A DNA stretch of 64,000 nt from Nemertoderma westbladi. Lineage: Eukaryota > Animalia > Xenacoelomorpha. The notes beneath the pieces were generated by a model, which worked only from the letters and a program-made list of their open reading frames with translations, was not told the DNA's origin and ran no database searches. Shown here one piece after another: positions 1 to 15,000 of this stretch. The stretch is taken from positions 62,001 to 126,000 of the forward strand of contig JAUCBJ010008109.1 of NCBI GenBank assembly GCA_032718475.1, written 5' to 3'. Each line of letters begins with the position of its first letter. The stretch's first letter is position 1. The position numbers and the translations under genes are program-made.

Positions 1-3000
1 CTCACAGTTACAATGGATGTAAAACAAAGGGATGGACTCACAGTTACAATGGATGTAAAACAAAGGGATGGACTCACAGTTACAATAGATTGCATGTAAA
101 ACAAAGGGATGGACTCACAGTTACAATGGATGTAAAACAAAGGGATGGACTCACAGTTACAATGGATGTAAAACAAAGGGATGGACTCACAGTTACAATA
201 GATGTAAAACAAAGGGATGGACTCACAGTTACAATGGATGTAAAACAAAGGGATAGACTCACAGTTACAATGGATGTTAAACAAAGGGATGGACTCACAG
301 TTACAATGGATGTAAAACAAAGGGATGGACTCACAGTTACAATGGATGTTAAACAAAGGGATGGACTCACAGTTACAATAGATTGCATGTAAAACAAAGG
401 GATGGACTCACAGTTACAATGGATGTAAAACAAAGGGATGGATAGACTCACAGTTACAATGGATGTTAAACAAAGGGATGGACTCACAGTTACAATGGAT
501 GTAAAATAAAGGGATGGACTCACAGTTACAATAGATTGCATGTAAAACAAAGGGATGGACTCACAGTTACAATGGATGTAAAACAAAGGGATGGACTCAC
601 AGTTACAATGGATGTAAAACAAAGGGATGGATAGACTCACAGTTATAATAGATGTTAAACAAAGGGATGGACTCACAGTTACAATGGATGTTAAACAAAG
701 GGATGGACTCACAGTTACAATGGATGTAAAACAAAGGGATAGACTCACAGTTACAATGGATGTTAAACAAAGGGATGGACTCACAGTTACAATGGATGTT
801 AAACAAAGGGATGGACTCACAGTTACAATGGATGTTAAACAAAGGGATGGACTCACAGTTACAATGGATGTTAAACAAAGGGATGGACTCACAGTTACAA
901 TGGATGTTAAACAAAGGGATGGACTCACAGTTACAATGGATGTAAAACAAAGGGATAGACTCACAGTTACAATGGATGTTAAACAAAGGGATGGACTCAC
1001 AGTTACAATGGATGTTAAACAAAGGGATGGACTCACAGTTACAATGGATGTTAAACAAAGGGATAGACTCACAGTTACAATGGATGTTAAACAAAGGGAT
1101 GGACTCACAGTTACAATGGATGTAAAACAAAGGGATAGACTCACAGTTACAATGGATGTTAAACAAAGGGATGGACTCACAGTTACAATGGATGTTAAAC
1201 AAAGGGATGGACTCACAGTTACAATGGATGTAAAACAAAGGGATAGACTCACAGTTACAATGGATGTTAAACAAAGGGATGGACTCACAGTTACAATGGA
1301 TGTTAAACAAAGGGATGGACTCACAGTTACAATGGATGTTAAACAAAGGGATGGACTCACAGTTACAATGGATGTTAAACAAAGGGATGGACTCACAGTT
1401 ACAATGGATGTTAAACAAAGGGATGCACTCACAGTTACAATGGATGTAAAACAAAGGGATGGACTCACAGTTACAATGGATGTAAAACAAAGGGATGGAC
1501 TCACAGTTACAATGGATGTAAAACAAAGGGATGGAATCACAGTTACAATGGATGTAAAACAAAGGGATGGACTCACAGTTACAATGGATGTAAAACAAAG
1601 GGATGGACTCACAGTTACAATGGATGTAAAACAAAGGGATGGAATCACAGTTACAATGGATGTAAAACAAAGGGATGGACTCACAGTTACAATGGATGTA
1701 AAACAAAGGGATGGACTCACAGTTACAATGGATGTAAAACAAAGGGATAGACTCACAGTTACAATAGATTGCATGTAAAACAAAGGGATGGACTCACAGT
1801 TACAATGGATGTAAAACAAAGGGATAGACTCACAGTTACAATAGATTGCATGTAAAACAAAGGGATGGACTCACAGTTACAATGGATGTAAAACAAAGGG
1901 ATGGACTCACAGTTACAATGGATGTAAAACAAAGGGATGGAATCACAGTTACAATGGATGTAAAACAAAGGGATGGACTCACAGTTACAATGGATGTAAA
2001 ACAAAGGGATGGACTCACAGTTACAATGGATGTAAAACAAAGGGATGGAATCACAGTTACAATGGATGTAAAACAAAGGGATGGACTCACAGTTACAATG
2101 GATGTAAAATAAAGGGATGGACTCACAGTTACAATGGATGTAAAACAAAGGGATGGACTCACAGTTACAATGGATGTAAAACAAAGGGATGGACTCACAG
2201 TTACAATGGATGTAAAACAAAGGGATGGAATCACAGTTACAATGGATGTAAAACAAAGGGATGGACTCACAGTTACAATGGATGTAAAACAAAGGGATGG
2301 ACTCACAGTTATAATGGATGTTAAACAAAGGGATGGACTCACAGTTACAATGGATGTAAAACAAAGGGATGGACTCACAGTTACAATGGATGTAAAACAA
2401 AGGGATGGAATCACAGTTACAATGGATGTAAAACAAAGGGATGGACTCACAGTTACAATGGATGTAAAATAAAGGGATGGACTCACAGTTACAATAGATT
2501 GCATGTAAAACAAAGGGATGGACTCACAGTTACAATGGATGTAAAACAAAGGGATGGACTCACAGTTACAATGGATGTAAAACAAAGGGATGGAATCACA
2601 GTTACAATGGATGTAAAACAAAGGGATGGACTCACAGTTACAATGGATGTAAAACAAAGGGATGGACTCACAGTTACAATGGATGTAAAACAAAGGGATG
2701 GAATCACAGTTACAATGGATGTAAAACAAAGGGATGGACTCACAGTTACAATGGATGTAAAACAAAGGGATGGACTCACAGTTACAATGGATGTAAAACA
2801 AAGGGATGGACTCACAGTTACAATGGATGTAAAACAAAGGGATGGACTCACAGTTACAATGGATGTAAAATAAAGGGATGGACTCACAGTTACAATAGAT
2901 TGCATGTAAAACAAAGGGATGGACTCACAGTTACAATGGATGTAAAATAAAGGGATGGACTCACAGTTACAATGGATGTAAAACAAAGGGATGGATGGAC

Positions 3001-6000
3001 TCACAGTTATAATAGATTGCATGTAAAACAAAGGGATGGACTCACAGTTACAATGGATGTAAAACAAAGGGATGGACTCACAGTTACAATGGATGTAAAA
3101 CAAAGGGATGGACTCACAGTTACAATGGATGTAAAATAAAGGGATGGACTCACAGTTACAATGGATGTAAAATAAAGGGATGGACTCACAGTTACAATGG
3201 ATGTAAAACAAAGGGATGGACTCACAGTTACAATAGATTGCATGTAAAACAAAGGGATGGACTCACAGTTACAATGGATGTTAAACAAAGGGATGGACTC
3301 ACAGTTACAATGGATGTTAAACAAAGGGATGGACTCACAGTTATAATGGATGTAAAACAAAGGGATGGACTCACAGTTACAATGGATGTTAAACAAAGGG
3401 ATGGACTCACAGTTACAATGGATGTAAAATAAAGGGATGGACTCACAGTTACAATGGATGTAAAATAAAGGGATGGACTCACAGTTACAATGGATGTAAA
3501 ACAAAGGGATGGATAGACTCACAGTTACAATGGATGTAAAACAAAGGGATGGACTCACAGTTACAATGGATGTTAAACAAAGGGATGGACTCACAGTTAC
3601 AATGGATGTAAAACAAAGGGATGGACTCACAGTTACAATGGATGTAAAACAAAGGGATGGACTCACAGTTACAATAGATTGCATGTAAAACAAAGGGATG
3701 GACTCACAGTTACAATGGATGTAAAATAAAGGGATGGACTCACAGTTACAATGGATGTAAAACAAAGGGATGGACTCACAGTTACAATGGATGTTAAACA
3801 AAGGGATGGACTCACAGTTACAATGGATGTTAAACAAAGGGATGGACTCACAGTTACAATGGATGTAAAACAAAGGGATGGACTCACAGTTACAATGGAT
3901 GTAAAATAAAGGGATGGACTCACAGTTACAATGGATGTAAAACAAAGGGATGGACTCACAGTTACAATGGATGTAAAACAAAGGGATGGACTCACAGTTA
4001 CAATGGATGTAAAACAAAGGGATGGACTCACAGTTACAATGGATGTTAAACAAAGGGATGGACTCACAGTTACAATGGATGTTAAACAAAGGGATGGACT
4101 CACAGTTACAATGGATGTAAAACAAAGGGATGGACTCACAGTTACAATGGATGTTAAACAAAGGGATGGACTCACAGTTACAATGGATGTAAAACAAAGG
4201 GATGGACTCACAGTTACAATGGATGTAAGTATAAAGGGATGGACTCACAGTTACAATGGATGTTAAACAAAGGGATGGTCTCACAGTTACAATGGATGTA
4301 AAACAAAGGGATGGACTCACAGTTACAATGGATGTAAAATAAAGGGATGGACTCACAGTTACAATGGATGTAAAATAAAGGGATGGACTCACAGTTACAA
4401 TGGATGTAAAACAAAGGGATGGATAGACTCACAGTTACAATGGAGTGGATGTTAAACAAAGGGATGGACTCACAGTTACAATGGATGTTAAACAAAGGGA
4501 TGGACTCACAGTTACAATAGATTGCATGTAAAACAAAGGGATGGACTCACAGTTACAATGGATGTAAAACAAAGGGATGGACTCACAGTTACAATAGATT
4601 GCATGTAAAACAAAGGGATGGACTCACAGTTACAATGGATGTTAAACAAAGGGATGGACTCACAGTTACAATGGATGTAAAACAAAGGGATGGACTCACA
4701 GTTACAATGGATTGCATGTAAAACAAAGGGATGGACTCACAGTTACAATGGATGTTAAACAAAGGGATGGACTCACAGTTACAATGGATGTAAAACAAAG
4801 GGATGGACTCACAGTTACAATGGATGTTAAACAAAGGGATGGACTCACAGTTACAATGGATGTTAAACAAAGGGATGGACTCACAGTTACAATGGATGTT
4901 AAACAAAGGGATGGACTCACAGTTACAATGGATGTAAAACAAAGGGATGGACTCACAGTTACAATGGATGTTAAACAAAGGGATGGACTCACAGTTACAA
5001 TGGATGTAAAACAAAGGGATGGACTCACAGTTACAATGGATGTAAAATAAAGGGATGGACTCACAGTTACAATGGATGTTAAACAAAGGGATGGACTCAC
5101 AGTTACAATGGATGTAAAACAAAGGGATGGACTCACAGTTACAATGGATGTAAAATAAAGGGATGGACTCACAGTTACAATGGATTGCATGTAAAACAAA
5201 GGGATGGACTCACAGTTACAATAGATTGCATGTAAAACAAAGGGATGGACTCACAGTTACAATGGATGTTAAACAAAGGGATGGACTCACAGTTACAATG
5301 GATGTTAAACAAAGGGATGGACTCACAGTTATAATGGATGTAAAACAAAGGGATGGACTCACAGTTACAATGGATGTTAAACAAAGGGATAGACTCACAG
5401 TTACAATGGATTGCATGTAAAACAAAGGGATAGACTCACAGTTACAATGGATGTAAAACAAAGGGATGGACTCACAGTTACAATGGATGTAAAATAAAGG
5501 GATGGACTCACAGTTACAATGGATGTAAAATAAAGGGATGGACTCACAGTTACAATGGATGTAAAACAAAGGGATGGACTCACAGTTACAATGGATGTAA
5601 AACAAAGGGATGGACTCACAGTTACAATAGATTGCATGTAAAACAAAGGGATGGACTCACAGTTACAATGGATGTTAAACAAAGGGATGGACTCACAGTT
5701 ACAATGGATGTAAAATAAAGGGATGGACTCACAGTTACAATGGATGTAAAACAAAGGGATGGACTCACAGTTACAATAGATTGCATGTAAAACAAAGGGA
5801 TGGACTCACAGTTACAATGGATGTTAAACAAAGGGATGGACTCACAGTTACAATGGATGTAAAATAAAGGGATGGACTCACAGTTACAATGGATGTAAAA
5901 CAAAGGGATGGACTCACAGTTACAATAGATTGCATGTAAAACAAAGGGATGGACTCACAGTTACAATGGATGTTAAACAAAGGGATGGACTCACAGTTAC

Positions 6001-9000
6001 AATAGATTGCATGTAAAACAAAGGGATGGACTCACAGTTACAATGGATGTTAAACAAAGGGATGGACTCACAGTTACAATGGATGTAAAATAAAGGGATG
6101 GACTCACAGTTACAATGGATGTAAAACAAAGGGATGGACTCACAGTTACAATAGATTGCATGTAAAACAAAGGGATGGACTCACAGTTACAATGGATGTT
6201 AAACAAAGGGATGGACTCACAGTTACAATGGATGTAAAACAAAGGGATGGACTCACAGTTACAATGGATGTAAAATAAAGGGATGGACTCACAGTTACAA
6301 TGGATGTAAAATAAAGGGATGGACTCACAGTTACAATGGATGTAAAATAAAGGGATGGACTCACAGTTACAATGGATGTAAAATAAAGGGATGGACTCAC
6401 AGTTACAATGGATGTAAAACAAAGGGATGGACTCACAGTTACAATGGATGTAAAATAAAGGGATGGACTCACAGTTACAATGGATGTAAAATAAAGGGAT
6501 GGACTCACAGTTACAATGGATGTAAAACAAAGGGATGGACTCACAGTTACAATAGATTGCATGTAAAACAAAGGGATGGACTCACAGTTACAATGGATGT
6601 AAAACAAAGGGATGGACTCACAGTTACAATGGAGTGGATGTTAAACAAAGGGATGGACTCACAGTTACAATGGATGTAAAACAAAGGGATGGACTCACAG
6701 TTACAATAGATTGCATGTAAAACAAAGGGATGGACTCACAGTTACAATGGATGTAAAACAAAGGGATGGACTCACAGTTACAATGGATGTAAAATAAAGG
6801 GATGGACTCACAGTTACAATGGATGTAAAACAAAGGGATGGACTCACAGTTACAATAGATTGCATGTAAAACAAAGGGATGGACTCACAGTTACAATAGA
6901 TGTAAAACAAAGGGATGGATAGACTCACAGTTACAATGGATGTAAAACAAAGGGATGGACTCACAGTTACAATGGATGTAAAACAAAGGGATGGACTCAC
7001 AGTTACAATGGATGTTAAACAAAGGGATGGACTCACAGTTACAATAGATTGCATGTAAAACAAAGGGATGGACTCACAGTTACAATGGATGTTAAACAAA
7101 GGGATGGACTCACAGTTACAATAGATTGCATGTAAAATAAAGGGATGGACTCACAGTTACAATGGATGTAAAACAAAGGGATGGACTCACAGTTACAATA
7201 GATTGCATGTAAAACAAAGGGATGGACTCACAGTTACAATAGATGTAAAACAAAGGGATGGACTCACAGTTACAATGGATGTTAAACAAAGGGATGGACT
7301 CACAGTTACAATAGATTGCATGTAAAATAAAGGGATGGACTCACAGTTACAATGGATGTAAAACAAAGGGATGGACTCACAGTTACAATAGATTGCATGT
7401 AAAACAAAGGGATGGACTCACAGTTACAATGGATTGCATGTAAAACAAAGGGATAGACTCACAGTTACAATAGATGTAAAACAAAGGGATGGATAGACTC
7501 ACAGTTACAATGGATGTAAAACAAAGGGATGGACTCACAGTTACAATGGATGTTAAACAAAGGGATGGACTCACAGTTACAATAGATTGCATGTAAAACA
7601 AAGGGATGGACTCACAGTTACAATGGATTGCATGTAAAACAAAGGGATAGACTCACAGTTACAATAGATGTAAAACAAAGGGATGGATAGACTCACAGTT
7701 ACAATGGATGTAAAACAAAGGGATGGACTCACAGTTACAATGGATGTTAAACAAAGGGATGGACTCACAGTTACAATAGATTGCATGTAAAACAAAGGGA
7801 TGGACTCACAGTTACAATGGATGTAAAACAAAGGGATGGACTCACAGTTACAATAGATTGCATGTAAAACAAAGGGATGGACTCACAGTTACAATAGATG
7901 TAAAACAAAGGGATGGACTCATAGTTACAATGGATGTTAAACAAAGGGATGGACTCACAGTTACAATAGATTGCATGTAAAATAAAGGGATGGACTCACA
8001 GTTACAATGGATGTAAAACAAAGGGATGGACTCACAGTTACAATAGATTGCATGTAAAACAAAGGGATGGACTCACAGTTACAATAGATGTAAAACAAAG
8101 GGATGGATAGACTCACAGTTACAATGGATGTAAAACAAAGGGATGGACTCACAGTTACAATGGATGTTAAACAAAGGGATGGACTCACAGTTACAATAGA
8201 TTGCATGTAAAACAAAGGGATGGACTCACAGTTACAATGGATGTTAAACAAAGGGATGGACTCACAGTTACAATAGATTGCATGTAAAATAAAGGGATGG
8301 ACTCACAGTTACAATGGATGTTAAACAAAGGGATGGACTCACAGTTACAATAGATTGCATGTAAAATAAAGGGATGGACTCACAGTTACAATGGATGTAA
8401 AACAAAGGGATGGACTCACAGTTACAATAGATTGCATGTAAAACAAAGGGATGGACTCACAGTTACAATAGATGTAAAACAAAGGGATGGACTCACAGTT
8501 ACAATGGATGTTAAACAAAGGGATGGACTCACAGTTACAATAGATTGCATGTAAAATAAAGGGATGGACTCACAGTTACAATGGATGTAAAACAAAGGGA
8601 TGGACTCACAGTTACAATAGATTGCATGTAAAACAAAGGGATGGACTCACAGTTACAATAGATGTAAAACAAAGGGATGGATAGACTCACAGTTACAATG
8701 GATGTAAAACAAAGGGATGGACTCACAGTTACAATGGATGTTAAACAAAGGGATGGACTCACAGTTACAATAGATTGCATGTAAAACAAAGGGATGGACT
8801 CACAGTTACAATGGATGTAAAACAAAGGGATGGACTCACAGTTACAATGGATGTAAAACAAAGGGATGGACTCACAGTTACAATGGATGTAAAACAAAGG
8901 GATGGACTCACAGTTATAATAGATTGCATGTAAAACAAAGGGATGGACTCACAGTTACAATGGATGTAAAACAAAGGGATGGACTCACAGTTACAATGGA

Positions 9001-12000
9001 TGTAAAACAAAGGGATGGACTCACAGTTATAATAGATTGCATGTAAAACAAAGGGATGGACTCACAGTTACAATAGATTGCATGTAAAACAAAGGGATGG
9101 ACTCACAGTTACAATGGATGTAAAACAAAGGGATGGACTCACAGTTATAATAGATTGCATGTAAAACAAAGGGATGGACTCACAGTTACAATGGATGTTA
9201 AACAAAGGGATGGACTCACAGTTACAATGGATGTAAAACAAAGGGATGGACTCACAGTTACAATGGATGTAAAACAAAGGGATGTACTCACAGTTATAAT
9301 AGATTGCATGTAAAACAAAGGGATGGACTCACAGTTATAATAGATTGCATGTAAAACAAAGGGATGGACTCACAGTTACAATGGATGTTAAACAAAGGGA
9401 TGGACTCACAGTTACAATGGATGTAAAACAAAGGGATGGACTCACAGTTACAATGGATGTAAAACAAAGGGATGGACTCACAGTTACAATGGATGTAAAA
9501 CAAAGGGATGGACTCACAGTTACAATGGATGTTAAACAAAGGGATGGACTCACAGTTACAATAGATTGCATGTAAAACAAAGGGATGGACTCACAGTTAC
9601 AATAGATTGCATGTAAAACAAAGGGATGGACTCACAGTTACAATGGATGTTAAACAAAGGGATGGACTCACAGTTACAATGGATGTTAAACAAAGGGATG
9701 GACTCATAGTTACAATGGATGTAAAACAAAGGGATGGACTCACAGTTACAATGGATGTAAAACAAAGGGATGGACTCACAGTTATAATAGATTGCATGTA
9801 AAACAAAGGGATGGACTCACAGTTACAATGGATGTAAAACAAAGGGATGGACTCACAGTTACAATGGATGTAAAACAAAGGGATGGACTCACAGTTATAA
9901 TAGATTGCATGTAAAACAAAGGGATGGACTCACAGTTACAATGGATGTAAAACAAAGGGATGGACTCACAGTTATAATAGATTGCATGTAAAACAAAGGG
10001 ATGGACTCACAGTTACAATGGATGTAAAACAAAGGGATGGACTCACAGTTACAATGGATGTAAAACAAAGGGATGGACTCACAGTTATAATAGATTGCAT
10101 GTAAAACAAAGGGATGGACTCACAGTTACAATGGATGTAAAACAAAGGGATGGACTCACAGTTACAATGGATGTAAAACAAAGGGATGGACTCACAGTTA
10201 CAATGGATGTAAAACAAAGGGATGGACTCACAGTTACAATGGATGTAAAACAAAGGGATGGACTCACAGTTACAATGGATGTTAAACAAAGGGATGGACT
10301 CACAGTTACAATAGATTGCATGTAAAACAAAGGGATGGACTCACAGTTACAATAGATTGCATGTAAAACAAAGGGATGGACTCACAGTTACAATGGATGT
10401 AAAACAAAGGGATGGACTCACAGTTACAATGGATGTAAAACAAAGGGATGGACTCACAGTTACAATGGATGTAAAACAAAGGGATGGACTCACAGTTACA
10501 ATGGATGTTAAACAAAGGGATGGACTCACAGTTACAATAGATTGCATGTAAAACAAAGGGATGGACTCACAGTTACAATAGATTGCATGTAAAACAAAGG
10601 GATGGACTCACAGTTACAATGGATGTAAAACAAAGGGATGGACTCACAGTTACAATGGATGTAAAACAAAGGGATGGACTCACAGTTACAATGGATGTAA
10701 AACAAAGGGATGGACTCATAGTTATAATGGATGTAAAACAAAGGGATGGACTCACAGTTATAATAGATTGCATGTAAAACAAAGGGATGGACTCACAGTT
10801 ACAATGGATGTTAAACAAAGGGATGGACTCACAGTTACAATGGATGTTAAACAAAGGGATGGACTCACAGTTACAATGGATGTTAAACAAAGGGATGGAC
10901 TCACAGTTACAATGGATGTTAAACAAAGGGATGGACTCACAGTTACAATGGATGTTAAACAAAGGGATGGACTCACAGTTACAATGGATGTAAAACAAAG
11001 GGATGGACTCACAGTTATAATAGATTGCATGTAAAACAAAGGGATGGACTCACAGTTACAATGGATGTTAAACAAAGGGATGGACTCACAGTTATAATAG
11101 ATTGCATGTAAAACAAAGGGATGGACTCACAGTTACAATGGATGTTAAACAAAGGGATGGACTCACAGTTACAATGGATGTTAAACAAAGGGATGGACTC
11201 ACAGTTACAATGGATGTAAAACAAAGGGATGGACTCACAGTTATAATAGATTGCATGTAAAACAAAGGGATGGACTCACAGTTACAATGGATGTAAAACA
11301 AAGGGATGGACTCACAGTTATAATAGATTGCATGTAAAACAAAGGGATGGACTCACAGTTACAATGGATGTTAAACAAAGGGATGGACTCACAGTTACAA
11401 TGGATGTAAAACAAAGGGATGGACTCACAGTTATAATAGATTGCATGTAAAACAAAGGGATGGACTCACAGTTACAATGGATGTTAAACAAAGGGATGGA
11501 CTCACAGTTACAATGGATGTTAAACAAAGGGATGGACTCACAGTTACAATGGATGTAAAACAAAGGGATGGACTCACAGTTATAATAGATTGCATGTAAA
11601 ACAAAGGGATGGACTCACAGTTACAATGGATGTTAAACAAAGGGATGGACTCACAGTTACAATGGATGTAAAACAAAGGGATGGACTCACAGTTACAATG
11701 GATGTAAAACAAAGGGATGGACTCATAGTTATAATGGATGTAAAACAAAGGGATGGACTCACAGTTATAATAGATTGCATGTAAAACAAAGGGATGGACT
11801 CACAGTTACAATGGATGTTAAACAAAGGGATGGACTCACAGTTACAATGGATGTTAAACAAAGGGATGGACTCACAGTTACAATGGATGTTAAACAAAGG
11901 GATGGACTCACAGTTACAATGGATGTTAAACAAAGGGATGGACTCACAGTTACAATGGATGTTAAACAAAGGGATGGACTCACAGTTACAATGGATGTAA

Positions 12001-15000
12001 AACAAAGGGATGGACTCACAGTTATAATAGATTGCATGTAAAACAAAGGGATGGACTCACAGTTACAATGGATGTTAAACAAAGGGATGGACTCACAGTT
12101 ATAATAGATTGCATGTAAAACAAAGGGATGGACTCACAGTTACAATGGATGTTAAACAAAGGGATGGACTCACAGTTACAATGGATGTAAAACAAAGGGA
12201 TGGACTCACAGTTACAATGGATGTAAAACAAAGGGATGGACTCACAGTTATAATAGATTGCATGTAAAACAAAGGGATGGACTCACAGTTACAATGGATG
12301 TAAAACAAAGGGATGGACTCACAGTTACAATAGATTGCATGTAAAACAAAGGGATGGACTCACAGTTACAATGGATGTAAAACAAAGGGATGGACTCACA
12401 GTTATAATAGATTGCATGTAAAACAAAGGGATGGACTCACAGTTACAATGGATGTTAAACAAAGGGATGGACTCACAGTTACAATGGATGTAAAACAAAG
12501 GGATGGACTCACAGTTATAATAGATTGCATGTAAAACAAAGGGATGGACTCACAGTTACAATGGATGTTAAACAAAGGGATGGACTCACAGTTACAATGG
12601 ATGTAAAACAAAGGGATGGACTCACAGTTACAATAGATTGCATGTAAAACAAAGGGATGGACTCACAGTTACAATGGATGTAAAACAAAGGGATGGACTC
12701 ACAGTTATAATAGATTGCATGTAAAACAAAGGGATGGACTCACAGTTACAATGGATGTTAAACAAAGGGATGGACTCACAGTTACAATGGATGTAAAACA
12801 AAGGGATGGACTCACAGTTACAATGGATGTAAAACAAAGGGATGGACTCACAGTTACAATGGATGTAAAACAAAGGGATGGACTCACAGTTACAATGGAT
12901 GTAAAACAAAGGGATGGACTCACAGTTACAATGGATGTTAAACAAAGGGATGGACTCACAGTTACAATGGATGTAAAACAAAGGGATGGACTCACAGTTA
13001 CAATGGATGTAAAACAAAGGGATGGACTCACAGTTACAATGGATGTAAAACAAAGGGATGGACTCACAGTTACAATGGATGTTAAACAAAGGGATAGACT
13101 CACAGTTACAATGGATGTAAAACAAAGGGATGGACTCACAGTTATAATAGATTGCATGTAAAACAAAGGGATGGACTCACAGTTACAATGGATGTAAAAC
13201 AAAGGGATGGACTCACAGTTACAATGGATGTAAAACAAAGGGATGGACTCACAGTTACAATGGATGTAAAACAAAGGGATGGACTCACAGTTACAATGGA
13301 TGTTAAACAAAGGGATGGACTCACAGTTACAATGGATGTAAAACAAAGGGATGGACTCACAGTTACAATGGATGTAAAACAAAGGGATGGACTCACAGTT
13401 ACAATGGATGTAAAATAAAGGGATGGACTCACAGTTACAATGGATGTAAAATAAAGGGATGGACTCACAGTTATAATGGATGTAAAACAAAGGGATGGAC
13501 TCACAGTTACAATGGATGTTAAATAAAGGGATGGACTCACAGTTATAATGGATGTAAAACAAAGGGATGGATAGACTCACAGTTACAATGGATGTAAAAC
13601 AAAGGGATGGACTCACAGTTACAATAGATTGCATGTAAAACAAAGGGATGGACTCACAGTTACAATGGATGTTAAACAAAGGGATGGACTCACAGTTACA
13701 ATGGATGTAAAACAAAGGGATGGACTCACAGTTACAATGGATGTAAAACAAAGGGATGGACTCACAGTTACAATGGATGTAAAACAAAGGGATGGATAGA
13801 CTCACAGTTACAATGGATGTAAAATAAAGGGATGGACTCACAGTTATAATGGATGTAAAACAAAGGGATGGACTCACAGTTACAATGGATGTTAAATAAA
13901 GGGATGGACTCACAGTTATAATGGATGTAAAACAAAGGGATGGACTCACAGTTACAATAGATTGCATGTAAAACAAAGGGATGGACTCACAGTTACAATG
14001 GATGTAAAATAAAGGGATGGACTCACAGTTATAATGGATGTAAAACAAAGGGATGGACTCACAGTTACAATGGATGTTAAATAAAGGGATGGACTCACAG
14101 TTACAATGGATGTAAAATAAAGGGATGGACTCACAGTTACAATGGATGTAAAACAAAGGGATGGACTCACAGTTACAATGGATGTAAAACAAAGGGATGG
14201 ACTCACAGTTACAATAGATTGCATGTAAAACAAAGGGATGGACTCACAGTTACATTGCATGTAAAACAAAGGGATGGACTCACAGTTACAATAGATTGCA
14301 TGTAAAACAAAGGGATGGACTCACAGTTATAATGGATGTAAAACAAAGGGATGGACTCACAGTTACAATGGATGTTAAACAAAGGGATGGACTCATAGTT
14401 ATAATGGATGTAAAACAAAGGGATGGACTCACAGTTACAATGGATGTTAAACAAAGGGATGGACTCACAGTTATAATGGATGTAAAACAAAGGGATGGAC
14501 TCACAGTTACAATGGATGTTAAACAAAGGGATGGACTCACAGTTACAATGGATGTAAAATAAAGGGATGGACTCACAGTTACAATGGATGTTAAACAAAG
14601 GGATGGACTCACAGTTACAATGGATGTTAAACAAAGGGATGGACTCACAGTTACAATGGATGTAAAATAAAGGGATGGACTCACAGTTACAATGGATGTT
14701 AAACAAAGGGATGGACTCACAGTTATAATGGATGTAAAACAAAGGGATGGACTCACAGTTACAATGGATGTAAAACAAAGGGATGGACTCACAGTTACAA
14801 TGGATGTAAAACAAAGGGATGGACTCACAGTTACAATAGATTGCATGTAAAACAAAGGGATGGACTCACAGTTACAATGGATGTAAAACAAAGGGATGGA
14901 CTCACAGTTACAATGGATGTAAAACAAAGGGATGGACTCACAGTTACAATGGATGTAAAACAAAGGGATGGACTCACAGTTACAATGGATGTTAAACAAA